From a virus, in the IMG/VR virus record IMGVR_UViG_3300033566_000060, positions 1 through 64,000 of that record: DNA of 64,000 nucleotides; one strand, given 5' to 3'. Within the stretch, counting starts at the first letter, position 1. Every line of letters starts with the position of its first letter. The notes beneath the pieces were generated by a model that was not told where the DNA came from, did not search any database, and was given only the letters and a program-made list of their open reading frames with translations. Below, in pieces: positions 1-7,694 of this stretch. The position numbers and the translations under genes were made by a program.

Positions 1-3000
1 GAGCGCGCACAACAAGTAAGGGAAGCCGTGAAATCTTTTGAACCTTCCAACGAATACGAAGCAGCGTTACATTACATAGCATCCGGAGGTGGTATAAACA
101 CAGATTCTGCTTCTAAAGAAACCGGAGCTTCTAAAGAAACCGGAGTTTCTAAAGGAGAGGTGAAATGGGCTACAAATTTCAAGAAAAACGAGGATTTACC
201 ATCAGTGGAAAGAGCTTCGGAAATTATTGCCGAATCATCGTCAACACCTTTGGACCAACCATCCGTCCGAGATGCTATGATTGAAATCTTATCATCACAC
301 AAAAGTATTACTGAAGTACACGATAAGATTTTAGAGGCAAGAGAAGAAACAAATAAAAAACTAAAGGACGAAGAAAATCGTATCTTTATGGGTAGCTTAT
401 CGGAGCAGGAACGTACTTTTGTGGAAAGCAAATTAGCGGAAGATGATTATTTAAGTGAATTAAACGACGACGAAAAATTAGCGTATTATGAGCAACAATA
501 TGGAACAGAACAAGAAAGGAACCAATCAGAAAATAGATTGGACGGATCCGAGCAAACTAACGGACAACCAGAGAGCGGCAATCCAAGCGTACAAGAACGT
601 GAAGGAGCGCAACCAGGCAAAACAGCAACCGAAAAAATAACCGAAGACAATCTTCCGGACATCAACAAAAAAGGAGCGTCAAAAACCATTCCTTTGTCCG
701 ATGCTGTGGAAGCGAAAGTGTCCGTTCAGGAGTTTATGGACGGGGAAAACGGCTATTCCGTACAGCTTTTCAACAACGGAGAATTGGTGGAGGACAAACA
801 CGGCGATACCGAAACAGAATTCACTTCCGATGAAACTTCCGATTTGGTAAAATTCCTTGAATCCAAGAAAAAAGGGTATGCGTTAAGCCAAAAAGGTAAA
901 ACCGGAAAACCGGAAGGAATTAAAGTGGAGGTACCCAACCAAAAAAGAAGGGTTTCCTTCAATATGTTTGGTGTGGAGATGTTCGGGGAACAGCAGGAAG
1001 ACGGTTCGATTATTGCAGATGACAATTCAAAATACTCCAAAGGAATGCAATCCAATGGTGTGATTACCGATGTAGTGGGTATCGATGAAGGTAAAAACTA
1101 TCGAAATGAGGGTGATGTAGCCACACAGGGATTTGGTGGCGGACAACGTACCGACAGTTCGCTTTCCAAAGGAGGCGGTTCGATGTCCCGTAATTACTAT
1201 AAGAATAAAGTAAAAAGAGCATGGAACCGCTTGTTTAAAAGTAATGCAGGACTAGACCACAAATCAGGGGAAACATTACGTTCATTACAACGAGACATCG
1301 ATTACCTTCAGGATTTGATGGGTACCGACTCTGGTATTTTTAAAAACGTATTGAAAGCCACGCAAAAAGCATCTAAAAACAAAGAAGACTTCAGATTGAA
1401 GTTATTGGCTTTGAACCGTTACATGCAAGGTGGTGGAGGTAATCTTGACTTCTTAGGAAAGAACGAGAAAGCACAACTATCCTACCTTAGAGACAGAATC
1501 GATTCGTTAAGCGAACAGGTAATCAATACGTTGCAGGACCAAGCAGACGGTTTACCTGATGGGGATAAAAAAACTGCGTTATTAGAATTTATCCAAAAGT
1601 TAAAAGACAATAAAGGGAAATATGTCAACCGTTCGTATCAGATATTTCATGACGAAAAATACCGTGAGGGAATGGCGATGGCATATGACAAGATGCCTAC
1701 GGAATACCGAAAGCGCTACGATACGGCAGTGAATTTCATGATGCGTGAAGAAGGGATGACCAAAGAAGAAGCACAAAGCTATATTTCCGGTTATTTGGAC
1801 GATATTATCCGAAGTAAGAACGACATATCACAAGGATTTGCCGGACGTGCCGATGCGCCGTTTTTGAAAAAAAGAAAAGATTTGCCGATAGAATTTCAGG
1901 AATTATTAGGAGTCGTTCGTGATCCTTTGGAGAATTATTTACGCACGGTGGATAAAATATCGAGATACCTTGCCTCGTTGAAGTATCAGGAGAAAATGAA
2001 AAGCCATTTGTTGGAATCCGGAATTGGTATTACCGAACCGAAACAAGGTTATACCAAACTGACAAGTGACGTAAAAGAATGGGAAGCATTGAGCGACATG
2101 TACGTTCCAGTGGAATTCAAACAAGCCATGGAAGACATGTTACCATTGGATAAGGTAAACCAATACGTTTTCAGAAAATGGATTGAGTTTGCTTCCTTGA
2201 CTAAAGTAGGTAAAACGGTATTGAATCCATCAGGGGTATTCCGTAACTTTATGTCGGGTACGTTTTTAGGACTGAATGCCGGACACTTTACGTGGACCAA
2301 CCCAAAAACGATGGGAATGGCTTTCAACCAGGCGCTCAAAACAAACACCGCAAAAAAAGGAATGGCAGGACTCCGTAAAGAACTGATTGAACAAGAGATT
2401 ATCGGTTCCGGAGCCGACTCTCAGGAGATGCTTACCTTTATGAATGACTTTTCCAACAGCATCGACAGAAAACTGTCCACAAACCCGTTGGTGCCGATAA
2501 TGAACGGAATGCAAAAGGCGTATGCTTTTGGGGATGACTTTTATAAAGTGTCCGGGTACATGATTGAGAAAAAACGTTTGATAGACACCGGAGTTTCGGA
2601 AGCAGAGGCAACACGCATGGCCGGAGAAAGAATACGAGGCGGTTATCCTACATATTCGTATCTACCGAGAGCGTTCAAGGAATTACGCCGTATTCCGTTG
2701 GTGGGAACTTTTATTTCCTTTCCTTACGAAGTGGTGCGTTCCACAAAAAACAACGCAATGTATGTGCATGAAGACTGGACTGAAGGAAGAAAGGTGATGG
2801 CGATGCAACGTGCCGCCGGAATGATGGTGGCCAACGTATTACCAACCGCATTAGCAGCGTATGTGGCAGCGGGATTGGGTGTTGATGATGAAGATGACGA
2901 TAAAATCAGGGAATTGCTTCCGGATTACCAACAGGACGCTTTGTTGATGTATTACGGTAAGGACGAAAAAGGCTATCCTAAGTTTGTGGATTTAACCGCT

Positions 3001-3930
3001 TTTGCACCATCGGAAGTAATCGTGAAGCCGTTACGTATTGTGATGGAAGAAAGAGAAGGCAGGACTGCTAAAGAAAAAATGGAAAAATCCATTATAGAAG
3101 TATTAAAACCATATTTGGGTGCCGACCTTTCGTACAAGACCGCAAATGAGTTAATGACCAACAACGATGAATTCGATAAAAAGATTTATCAGGCGGACAG
3201 TTTTTATGAGGCATTGACCAATAAAAAAGACCTGACACAGATATTGAATTACTACGCCAAGAAAGCCGGTCCCGGAGTGTATTCCAATGTCAGCGACTTT
3301 TTAAGAGCGAACGATAAGGGAAGTGAAGTGTTGGGGGATAAGTTTACGGCGTATGGGAAAGAGTACACGAATTTCGATGCTACGTTGGGATTCTTTGGGA
3401 TTCGCACCTCAACTGTAAACTACTCACAAGCGATTGTGAACAACAACAAAAGAACCACCGCTGTACTTAACGACAACAAGGAGTTTTTAAGAAAAGCAAT
3501 GAAGTCAACCACTAAAATGGCGGATGATCGCTTACAAATGAATTTCGATAGTTATGTAAAAGGAGAAGACGAAGCGTACAAAAAAGTATTGCGTGGGGTG
3601 GAAATTGGATTTAAATTCAATATCAATAAAGGGGAGATGGCAACGCTTTTTGAAAGTTCCAACTATTCCAAGAAAGACATCGCATTTTTGGTGAACGGAT
3701 TCCAACCACCTTACGATTACATCACCAAGGAAACAGCAGTAAACAAGATTACAGAAATAAGGAGCAACTACGATGCGGAAAAAGCAAAAGAGGTTGTACA
3801 GAATTACAAAAGCAATATCGAGCGATTCAACGATATGGTGGATTCAAAAAACAGAGCGTTATACGAATCCAACGGAGAGATTTATAAAAAACTGTACGGC
3901 AGATTTGGAACAAAAAACCCACTTAAATAG
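1..3930 (+). CDS. large virion-associated protein, 5'-partial (open at window edge)
   Basis: Frame 1 has no stop from base 1 to TAG 3928-3930, so the listed GTG at 28 is not the real start. More than 1300 codons. One internal hydrophobic helix (MMVANVLPTALAAYVAAGLGV). No enzyme motif recognised. It would follow the late module if the genome is circular or permuted. Confidence 0.85.
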   Translation, partial: ERAQQVREAVKSFEPSNEYEAALHYIASGGGINTDSASKETGASKETGVSKGEVKWATNFKKNEDLPSVERASEIIAESSSTPLDQPSVRDAMIEILSSHKSITEVHDKILEAREETNKKLKDEENRIFMGSLSEQERTFVESKLAEDDYLSELNDDEKLAYYEQQYGTEQERNQSENRLDGSEQTNGQPESGNPSVQEREGAQPGKTATEKITEDNLPDINKKGASKTIPLSDAVEAKVSVQEFMDGENGYSVQLFNNGELVEDKHGDTETEFTSDETSDLVKFLESKKKGYALSQKGKTGKPEGIKVEVPNQKRRVSFNMFGVEMFGEQQEDGSIIADDNSKYSKGMQSNGVITDVVGIDEGKNYRNEGDVATQGFGGGQRTDSSLSKGGGSMSRNYYKNKVKRAWNRLFKSNAGLDHKSGETLRSLQRDIDYLQDLMGTDSGIFKNVLKATQKASKNKEDFRLKLLALNRYMQGGGGNLDFLGKNEKAQLSYLRDRIDSLSEQVINTLQDQADGLPDGDKKTALLEFIQKLKDNKGKYVNRSYQIFHDEKYREGMAMAYDKMPTEYRKRYDTAVNFMMREEGMTKEEAQSYISGYLDDIIRSKNDISQGFAGRADAPFLKKRKDLPIEFQELLGVVRDPLENYLRTVDKISRYLASLKYQEKMKSHLLESGIGITEPKQGYTKLTSDVKEWEALSDMYVPVEFKQAMEDMLPLDKVNQYVFRKWIEFASLTKVGKTVLNPSGVFRNFMSGTFLGLNAGHFTWTNPKTMGMAFNQALKTNTAKKGMAGLRKELIEQEIIGSGADSQEMLTFMNDFSNSIDRKLSTNPLVPIMNGMQKAYAFGDDFYKVSGYMIEKKRLIDTGVSEAEATRMAGERIRGGYPTYSYLPRAFKELRRIPLVGTFISFPYEVVRSTKNNAMYVHEDWTEGRKVMAMQRAAGMMVANVLPTALAAYVAAGLGVDDEDDDKIRELLPDYQQDALLMYYGKDEKGYPKFVDLTAFAPSEVIVKPLRIVMEEREGRTAKEKMEKSIIEVLKPYLGADLSYKTANELMTNNDEFDKKIYQADSFYEALTNKKDLTQILNYYAKKAGPGVYSNVSDFLRANDKGSEVLGDKFTAYGKEYTNFDATLGFFGIRTSTVNYSQAIVNNNKRTTAVLNDNKEFLRKAMKSTTKMADDRLQMNFDSYVKGEDEAYKKVLRGVEIGFKFNINKGEMATLFESSNYSKKDIAFLVNGFQPPYDYITKETAVNKITEIRSNYDAEKAKEVVQNYKSNIERFNDMVDSKNRALYESNGEIYKKLYGRFGTKNPLK
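109..162 (+). repeat. 18-bp in-frame tandem repeat (two exact copies plus one diverged)
   Basis: gcttctaaagaaaccgga occurs at 109-126 and 127-144, followed by gtttctaaaggagaggtg at 145-162. It encodes ASKETG-ASKETG-VSKGEV. Confidence 0.85.
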
Positions 3931-3945
3931 TGGGTTTTTTTCTTT
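3912..3945 (+). terminator. rho-independent terminator
   Basis: Stem aaaaaacccac / gtgggtttttt with the stop codon in the loop, followed by a T-run. Confidence 0.7.
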
Positions 3946-4122
3946 TTGTTAGGCCGCCATTCTTAATGGTTGTCCTAAAGTAATAACTTTTGCATTTATT
4001 GTTTTTGTTCTCCTTATTACCTAATATTCTATTGTCAAAGCCAAGCACCCCCAAATATTATAGTTTATTATTTGTTTCCCTGACTATAAAAGGGAATAAA
4101 GCAACTTTACACGTTTTACTTG

Positions 4123-4153
4123 TGGAGGTGGAGGGAGTCGAACCCTCGTCCAG
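4123..4153 (-). other. tRNA/tmRNA 3'-end-like fragment (T-arm plus 3' acceptor strand); candidate attP core
   Basis: The minus strand reads CTGGAC-GAGGG-TTCGACT-CCCTC-CACCTCC-A. That is a canonical T-stem/loop plus a 7-nt acceptor strand. No matching 5' acceptor strand (GGAGGTG) lies upstream, so it is a fragment and not a gene. Confidence 0.45.
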
Positions 4154-4282
4154 ATAGCGTTCAATAATACGTCAACGAACAGTTCAAATATACTTTTTTT
4201 TATTAAAAAAACAAAACTTCTTTTTTTCTTTACTCACCGGTTACGATTTCCGGATCGATGACTTCGATTTCTTTTACTTGTT

Positions 4283-4951
4283 TCATAAGTGGTATTTATT
4301 AAAAACACAGTACTCTTCGTTATAAATTCCCAATTCTAGGTTTATCTCATTTCGAAGCTCGATGCGTTGGTTGATATTGAACTTTTTTTGTGACTTTTTA
4401 AGTTTGTTTTTTATTTTACGGGCCTTCATGGTAAAATCCATAAAATCTTCCTGGTTGTAATTTAAAGTTTCGGTACGGCGTAATTCAGAAATAAAATTCA
4501 TATAATCTTGTCCGTATTCTTTAATCAATCCTTCCCTTAATAATCCATCGTCGTTTTGAAAATGGTTGGACTGCGCTGACTGCCGGTGAATATTATGCAA
4601 ATTGTACCGAATGGTTTGGTTACTCCCTCTGGAATACACATGACCGGCATGGAATTGTTTGGCCATGTAATCTCTCGCTAAACATTTTTGGCCGTAATCT
4701 AAAAAGCGAATTATGGCGTTTATTTCATTTTGAAGTTCCTCTTTCCAATTGGTTATTTTTTCGCGTAGTTTTTCTTTTTCGAGACGTTTTTCTTTTTTTC
4801 TTTCTAAGTCTTTTTTAGCAATGGATTTATTGGCTATTTTGGTAGCGTAGGCAACACGGCAATCGTATTGTTGACAAACGGGTTCGGTGGTTAATCTTAC
4901 CGGAGTAAACTCTTGTCCACATTCTTTACACTTCTTTTTTATTACCTTCAT
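4283..4951 (-). CDS. ninG: NinG/Rap-like recombination endonuclease
   Basis: N-terminal Cys-rich zinc finger (CKECGQEF...CQQYDC). HAGHVYSRGSNQTIRYNLHNIHRQSAQSNHF block typical of lambda NinG-family proteins. Confidence 0.7.
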   Translation of the reverse strand: MKVIKKKCKECGQEFTPVRLTTEPVCQQYDCRVAYATKIANKSIAKKDLERKKEKRLEKEKLREKITNWKEELQNEINAIIRFLDYGQKCLARDYMAKQFHAGHVYSRGSNQTIRYNLHNIHRQSAQSNHFQNDDGLLREGLIKEYGQDYMNFISELRRTETLNYNQEDFMDFTMKARKIKNKLKKSQKKFNINQRIELRNEINLELGIYNEEYCVFNKYHL

Positions 4952-5192
4952 ACTTTACTCCTTTTTTATCCAACAACCATTTCGGACAGTTTAAATAATA
5001 GACGTTGAATATAGGACTTTCTTTTGATATTTCGGTTTCGATGGTGCATATTTTTTTCGGGAACCATTCCAAACGTGAACCACTGGAGTAGCGTCCGTTT
5101 TCGTCGAAAATCAAATCCACCAAACAGCCGTAGCTTGTTTCACTTTCCCTATTCAAAGCCACTCGCACTCTTTTTATTTCTGAATTTTCCAT
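4926..5192 (-). CDS. hypothetical protein
   Basis: 88-aa ORF immediately downstream of the last cassette hairpin. It overlaps the ninG start by 26 nt, which suggests an operon. Confidence 0.6.
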   Translation of the reverse strand: MENSEIKRVRVALNRESETSYGCLVDLIFDENGRYSSGSRLEWFPKKICTIETEISKESPIFNVYYLNCPKWLLDKKGVKYEGNKKEV

Positions 5193-5220
5193 GATTAAAT
5201 CTATTTCAAATCTATTTTTT

Positions 5221-5319
5221 TACGCAATGCGTTTTTTTGAATAGATTTTAATTAATGACTTATTTCGCAATAAGTTACAAAATATATTTTTTTTGTGCAT
5301 TGCGTATATATGCGAGTTA
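5221..5319 (-). repeat. terminal hairpin closing the minus-strand cassette array
   Basis: After the TAAC of cassette E (plus-strand 5316-5319), a 10-bp stem forms between TACGCAATGC (5221-5230) and GCATTGCGTA (5297-5306). An inner hairpin ACTTATT/AATAAGT is present. No following GTTA box. Confidence 0.6.
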
Positions 5320-5328
5320 GCAGTAATA

Positions 5329-5586
5329 CTACTCAACATTGTCTATATCTCCGTAAGTTTCTAATTCACATTTTTTGTTTAGTAAAATTAAATCTTCCAT
5401 TTTACCAACTACATGAACAGTTTTCCATTTGTTATGATAGTCTTTCATGCTTTTTAATTTTACGTTAAATTCTTTATGATATTTTTTAACGCATTCGGCA
5501 AATTTTATCGGAACATTTGAAATTAAAGTACTACTGCTAACATCGGTTTTGTTCAATGCCTTGTTTTGGTCTTTTTCTGTATTCAT
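5329..5586 (-). CDS. hypothetical protein (cassette E cargo)
   Basis: Boxed by GTTAGCAGTAGTAC (plus coords 5528-5541) and GTATTACTGCTAAC (5316-5329). The ATG lies in the loop of the upstream hairpin. There is no ATG close downstream of the 5' box; the first is 27 codons in. Confidence 0.7.
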   Translation of the reverse strand: MNTEKDQNKALNKTDVSSSTLISNVPIKFAECVKKYHKEFNVKLKSMKDYHNKWKTVHVVGKMEDLILLNKKCELETYGDIDNVE

Positions 5587-5665
5587 TCCATTTAATTTTA
5601 AGTTAGTGTTTACTTGTTGTGTTCAGTTTTAAATCAACGGCACTAAACAAAGCCGAGAACCGTTA
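5538..5665 (-). repeat. attC-like imperfect hairpin element (between cassettes D and E), 128 bp
   Basis: Minus strand reads TAAC-GGTTC-TCGG-C-TTTGTTTAGTGCC ... GGCATTGAACAAA-A-CCGA-T-GTTA. About 18-bp stem with a C:A mismatch 6 nt from GTTA. The loop contains the start codon of the next ORF. Confidence 0.8.
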
Positions 5666-5672
5666 GCGGTAA

Positions 5673-6101
5673 TTATACATCAACTTCATGTGAAAAAGAT
5701 TCGTATAAATATCTTTGTCCTAATTTCGTTAAAGTCCATTTTTTAGTAACTAATCCTAATTCCTCAACAATACATTTTGCTGTATGACCTGTATAATATC
5801 CACCTGCGCATTTCAATAATGTGCTTCTTAGTACATCGCGTTTTTCACAATCACCAAAATTTGCATTACCCCAAGCATAAATCAATTGTTCGTCTGAAAT
5901 TATTTTTTTCAACTCGCCATTATAACTACCGCTAACATTGGTTTTATGCAATTGCAAGGCTTGGTCTTTTTCTGCCGTGATTATTTCTTTTGCCTTTAAT
6001 ACATCCTCTACAAGTTTTTTACCTGTTGTGGTTAATGAATCAGTCAAATTCCAATCAAATTTGTCATGCAATAGTTTTAAAATTTCTTCGTAATCTTCCA
6101 T
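5673..6101 (-). CDS. hypothetical protein (cassette D cargo fused to a hairpin-encoded N-terminal segment)
   Basis: Boxed by GTTAGCGGTAGTTA (5923-5936) and TAATTACCGCTAAC (5662-5675). The first ~45 codons lie inside the enlarged hairpin loop. The conserved LQLHKTNVSGS segment is encoded across the right arm and the box. Confidence 0.7.
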   Translation of the reverse strand: MEDYEEILKLLHDKFDWNLTDSLTTTGKKLVEDVLKAKEIITAEKDQALQLHKTNVSGSYNGELKKIISDEQLIYAWGNANFGDCEKRDVLRSTLLKCAGGYYTGHTAKCIVEELGLVTKKWTLTKLGQRYLYESFSHEVDV

Positions 6102-6157
6102 AATTTTTGTTTTGTTAAGTGATTAATCTTTGCAACTGCATAAAGCCTTTGACGTTA
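5933..6157 (-). repeat. attC-like hairpin element, enlarged (225 bp, between cassettes C and D)
   Basis: Stem formed by plus-strand 5940-5957 and 6130-6147 (ggttttatgcaattgcaa / ttgcaactgcataaagcc) with one G:T pair and the conserved C:A mismatch. The ~170-nt loop carries 45 codons of ORF 5673..6101. Confidence 0.7.
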
Positions 6158-6526
6158 GCGGCAATACTTGACGTGCTTCCGTAAATCATTCGGCAGTTGA
6201 TAAACGGTAATCAATCTATTGTCGCAAAAGAAAAATATGTTTTCACCATAAATTCTTACGTTGTTGCAATGCTTGTAATTGAACCAAAGTTTTGTCAGGT
6301 ATCTCATTAGACTGCCTTTTGTGTCCTTATGTCTTACACCTTCCAAAAAAGCCTTTTCAGCCATTTTATCCAAAACTTTTGACTTCCAATTCAGCCTTTC
6401 TTTTGCTCTTTCGTAGGCGTGTTCCGTGATTAGTACTGCCGCTAACACAGGTTTTGCGTCAGGCGGGCATACGTTGTTATCTTCAACTTTTATTTCTTCT
6501 ATCATCTTTTGTGGTTTTATGAACAT
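6155..6526 (-). CDS. hypothetical protein (cassette C cargo)
   Basis: Boxed by GTTAGCGGCAGTAC (6433-6446) and GTATTGCCGCTAAC (6154-6167). The stop codon lies inside the 3' box. Start moved to ATG 6526 in the hairpin loop, because the track start at 6577 lies in the previous cassette's 3' box. Confidence 0.65.
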   Translation of the reverse strand: MFIKPQKMIEEIKVEDNNVCPPDAKPVLAAVLITEHAYERAKERLNWKSKVLDKMAEKAFLEGVRHKDTKGSLMRYLTKLWFNYKHCNNVRIYGENIFFFCDNRLITVYQLPNDLRKHVKYCR

Positions 6527-6570
6527 TTGTAATTCTAATTCCCGCCCGAACGCAAAGCCTCGTAACGTTA
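6443..6570 (-). repeat. attC-like imperfect hairpin element (between cassettes B and C), 128 bp
   Basis: Minus strand reads TAAC-GTTAC-GAGG-C-TTTGCGTTCGGGCGGG ... CCCGCCTGACGCAAA-A-CCTG-T-GTTA. It has the same C:A mismatch position and one bulge. Confidence 0.8.
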
Positions 6571-6579
6571 GGAGCAAGC

Positions 6580-7029
6580 TTACGAGCGACCGTCAAAAAC
6601 GACAATCATACTATCTTTGGTCCCGCTTTGTTCCTTTCCATCTTTGTTTAATGGAATGTAAAAGTTTCTGTTTTCGTCTAACTTTCCAAATTTAATTCTA
6701 CCTTTTAAAAATTCTATTTCAGTTGCGTTTGGTTTGATCCATTCGTGAAATAATTTTGTGCTTGTAGATACCGGAATAAGGAAAACACAAACTTTTCCTT
6801 TATTCATTTCTTCAACTCCTTTTTTTACAAATTCCTCTTTTAGTTTTTGGCTATAAGGCGGATTTACAAAATTTGAGTTTCCCCATTCGATTTTCAAACC
6901 ATCATTTACAATTTCATTTTCATTGTAAGGACAAGGATCAAAATCAAAATTAAAACGCTTATTTAATTCCTCATATAATTTTGGAGGTGTAGCATAATTG
7001 TCATCGTTGTTTATGTGTATTTTTTTCAT
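6580..7029 (-). CDS. phage Dam-type N6-adenine DNA methyltransferase (cassette B cargo)
   Basis: YATPPKLYEEL...FDFDPCP...W...NSNFVNPPYS pattern (NPPY motif IV) typical of small phage N6A methylases. Boxed by GTTAGGAGCTGGCT (7052-7065) and AGCTTGCTCCTAAC (6567-6580). It has its own ATG 23 nt after the 5' box. Confidence 0.75.
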   Translation of the reverse strand: MKKIHINNDDNYATPPKLYEELNKRFNFDFDPCPYNENEIVNDGLKIEWGNSNFVNPPYSQKLKEEFVKKGVEEMNKGKVCVFLIPVSTSTKLFHEWIKPNATEIEFLKGRIKFGKLDENRNFYIPLNKDGKEQSGTKDSMIVVFDGRS

Positions 7030-7061
7030 TTCAAATTTTTAGTTGATAAAAAGCCAGCTCC

Positions 7062-7187
7062 TAACATCGGTTTGAAAGCAATGGCAAAATATGTGGTTTA
7101 ATCACGTTTATCTTTCGCAAGAAATTCATTAGTAACGGAAAATTTATCTTTCCGAAATTTGCCACTGCTTCAAGCCGAGTACCGTTA
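7062..7187 (-). repeat. attC-like imperfect hairpin element (between cassettes A and B), 126 bp
   Basis: Minus strand reads TAAC-GGTAC-TCGG-C-TTGAAGCAGTGGCAAA ... TTTGCCATTGCTTTCAA-A-CCGA-T-GTTA. About 22-bp stem with the C:A mismatch and one bulged C. Confidence 0.8.
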
Positions 7188-7196
7188 GCGGTAATA

Positions 7197-7472
7197 CTAA
7201 TTTACATCATCATTCCATAAAGGATGGTCGCAATTATCACAAAAACCAACTCTTATTTCTCTATTATCTTTCTTTACGTTTATTTCCTTACAATCTGTAC
7301 ATTCATAAATTTTGAATCCAACAGGTAAAGCACTACCGCTAACACTGGTTTTATGCAATTGCAAGAGTTGTTTTAATTCAGTAAGCAACTGTTCATTTAA
7401 TTTTGTTATCGAACCGTGTTCTTTTGATAATTCAAGAGCTGTTATTTTATCTTGTACTGTTTTAAATTCCAT
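7197..7472 (-). CDS. zinc-ribbon protein (cassette A cargo fused to an N-terminal leader)
   Basis: C-terminal CxxC...CxxC (YECTDCKE...FCDNCDH). Boxed by GTTAGCGGTAGTGC (7330-7343) and GTATTACCGCTAAC (7184-7197). The leader ends in LQLHKTSVSGS, nearly identical in DNA to the cassette D leader. Confidence 0.7.
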   Translation of the reverse strand: MEFKTVQDKITALELSKEHGSITKLNEQLLTELKQLLQLHKTSVSGSALPVGFKIYECTDCKEINVKKDNREIRVGFCDNCDHPLWNDDVN

Positions 7473-7493
7473 AATTTTTGTAATGTTTAGTGA

Positions 7494-7694
7494 TTAATTT
7501 TTAATCATTACCATTGTTCCATTGATACCGTTAACGGTTTTTATTTTTCCTTCGTTGTACAATTCCTGGAGGATAGGTCGGATTTCAGCATAGCCCATTT
7601 TGAATTCCGAGATAAGGTTTACCATGTAGGTTCCGTTGCTGCCCCCAGAGTTTTCGTGCCTATCCTTGATGAAGTTTTCGATTTTGTCTTTCAT
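7494..7694 (-). CDS. hypothetical small protein
   Basis: 66-aa ORF whose start overlaps the upstream stop by 4 nt (7691-7694), which suggests an operon. Confidence 0.6.
   Translation of the reverse strand: MKDKIENFIKDRHENSGGSNGTYMVNLISEFKMGYAEIRPILQELYNEGKIKTVNGINGTMVMIKN

Noticed and set aside
4123-4153. A prophage-host junction at the tRNA/tmRNA-like fragment.
   Set aside because: Phage-type genes continue on both sides: a giant virion protein on the left and ninG plus the recombination module on the right. No bacterial housekeeping genes are visible.
7527-7538. The perfect palindrome ACCGTTAACGGT inside ORF 7494..7694 as an unoccupied cassette insertion site (it resembles a TAAC|GGT junction).
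   Set aside because: It is a single 12-bp palindrome within coding sequence, with no flanking hairpin and no partner box. It could easily be chance. I cannot support it.
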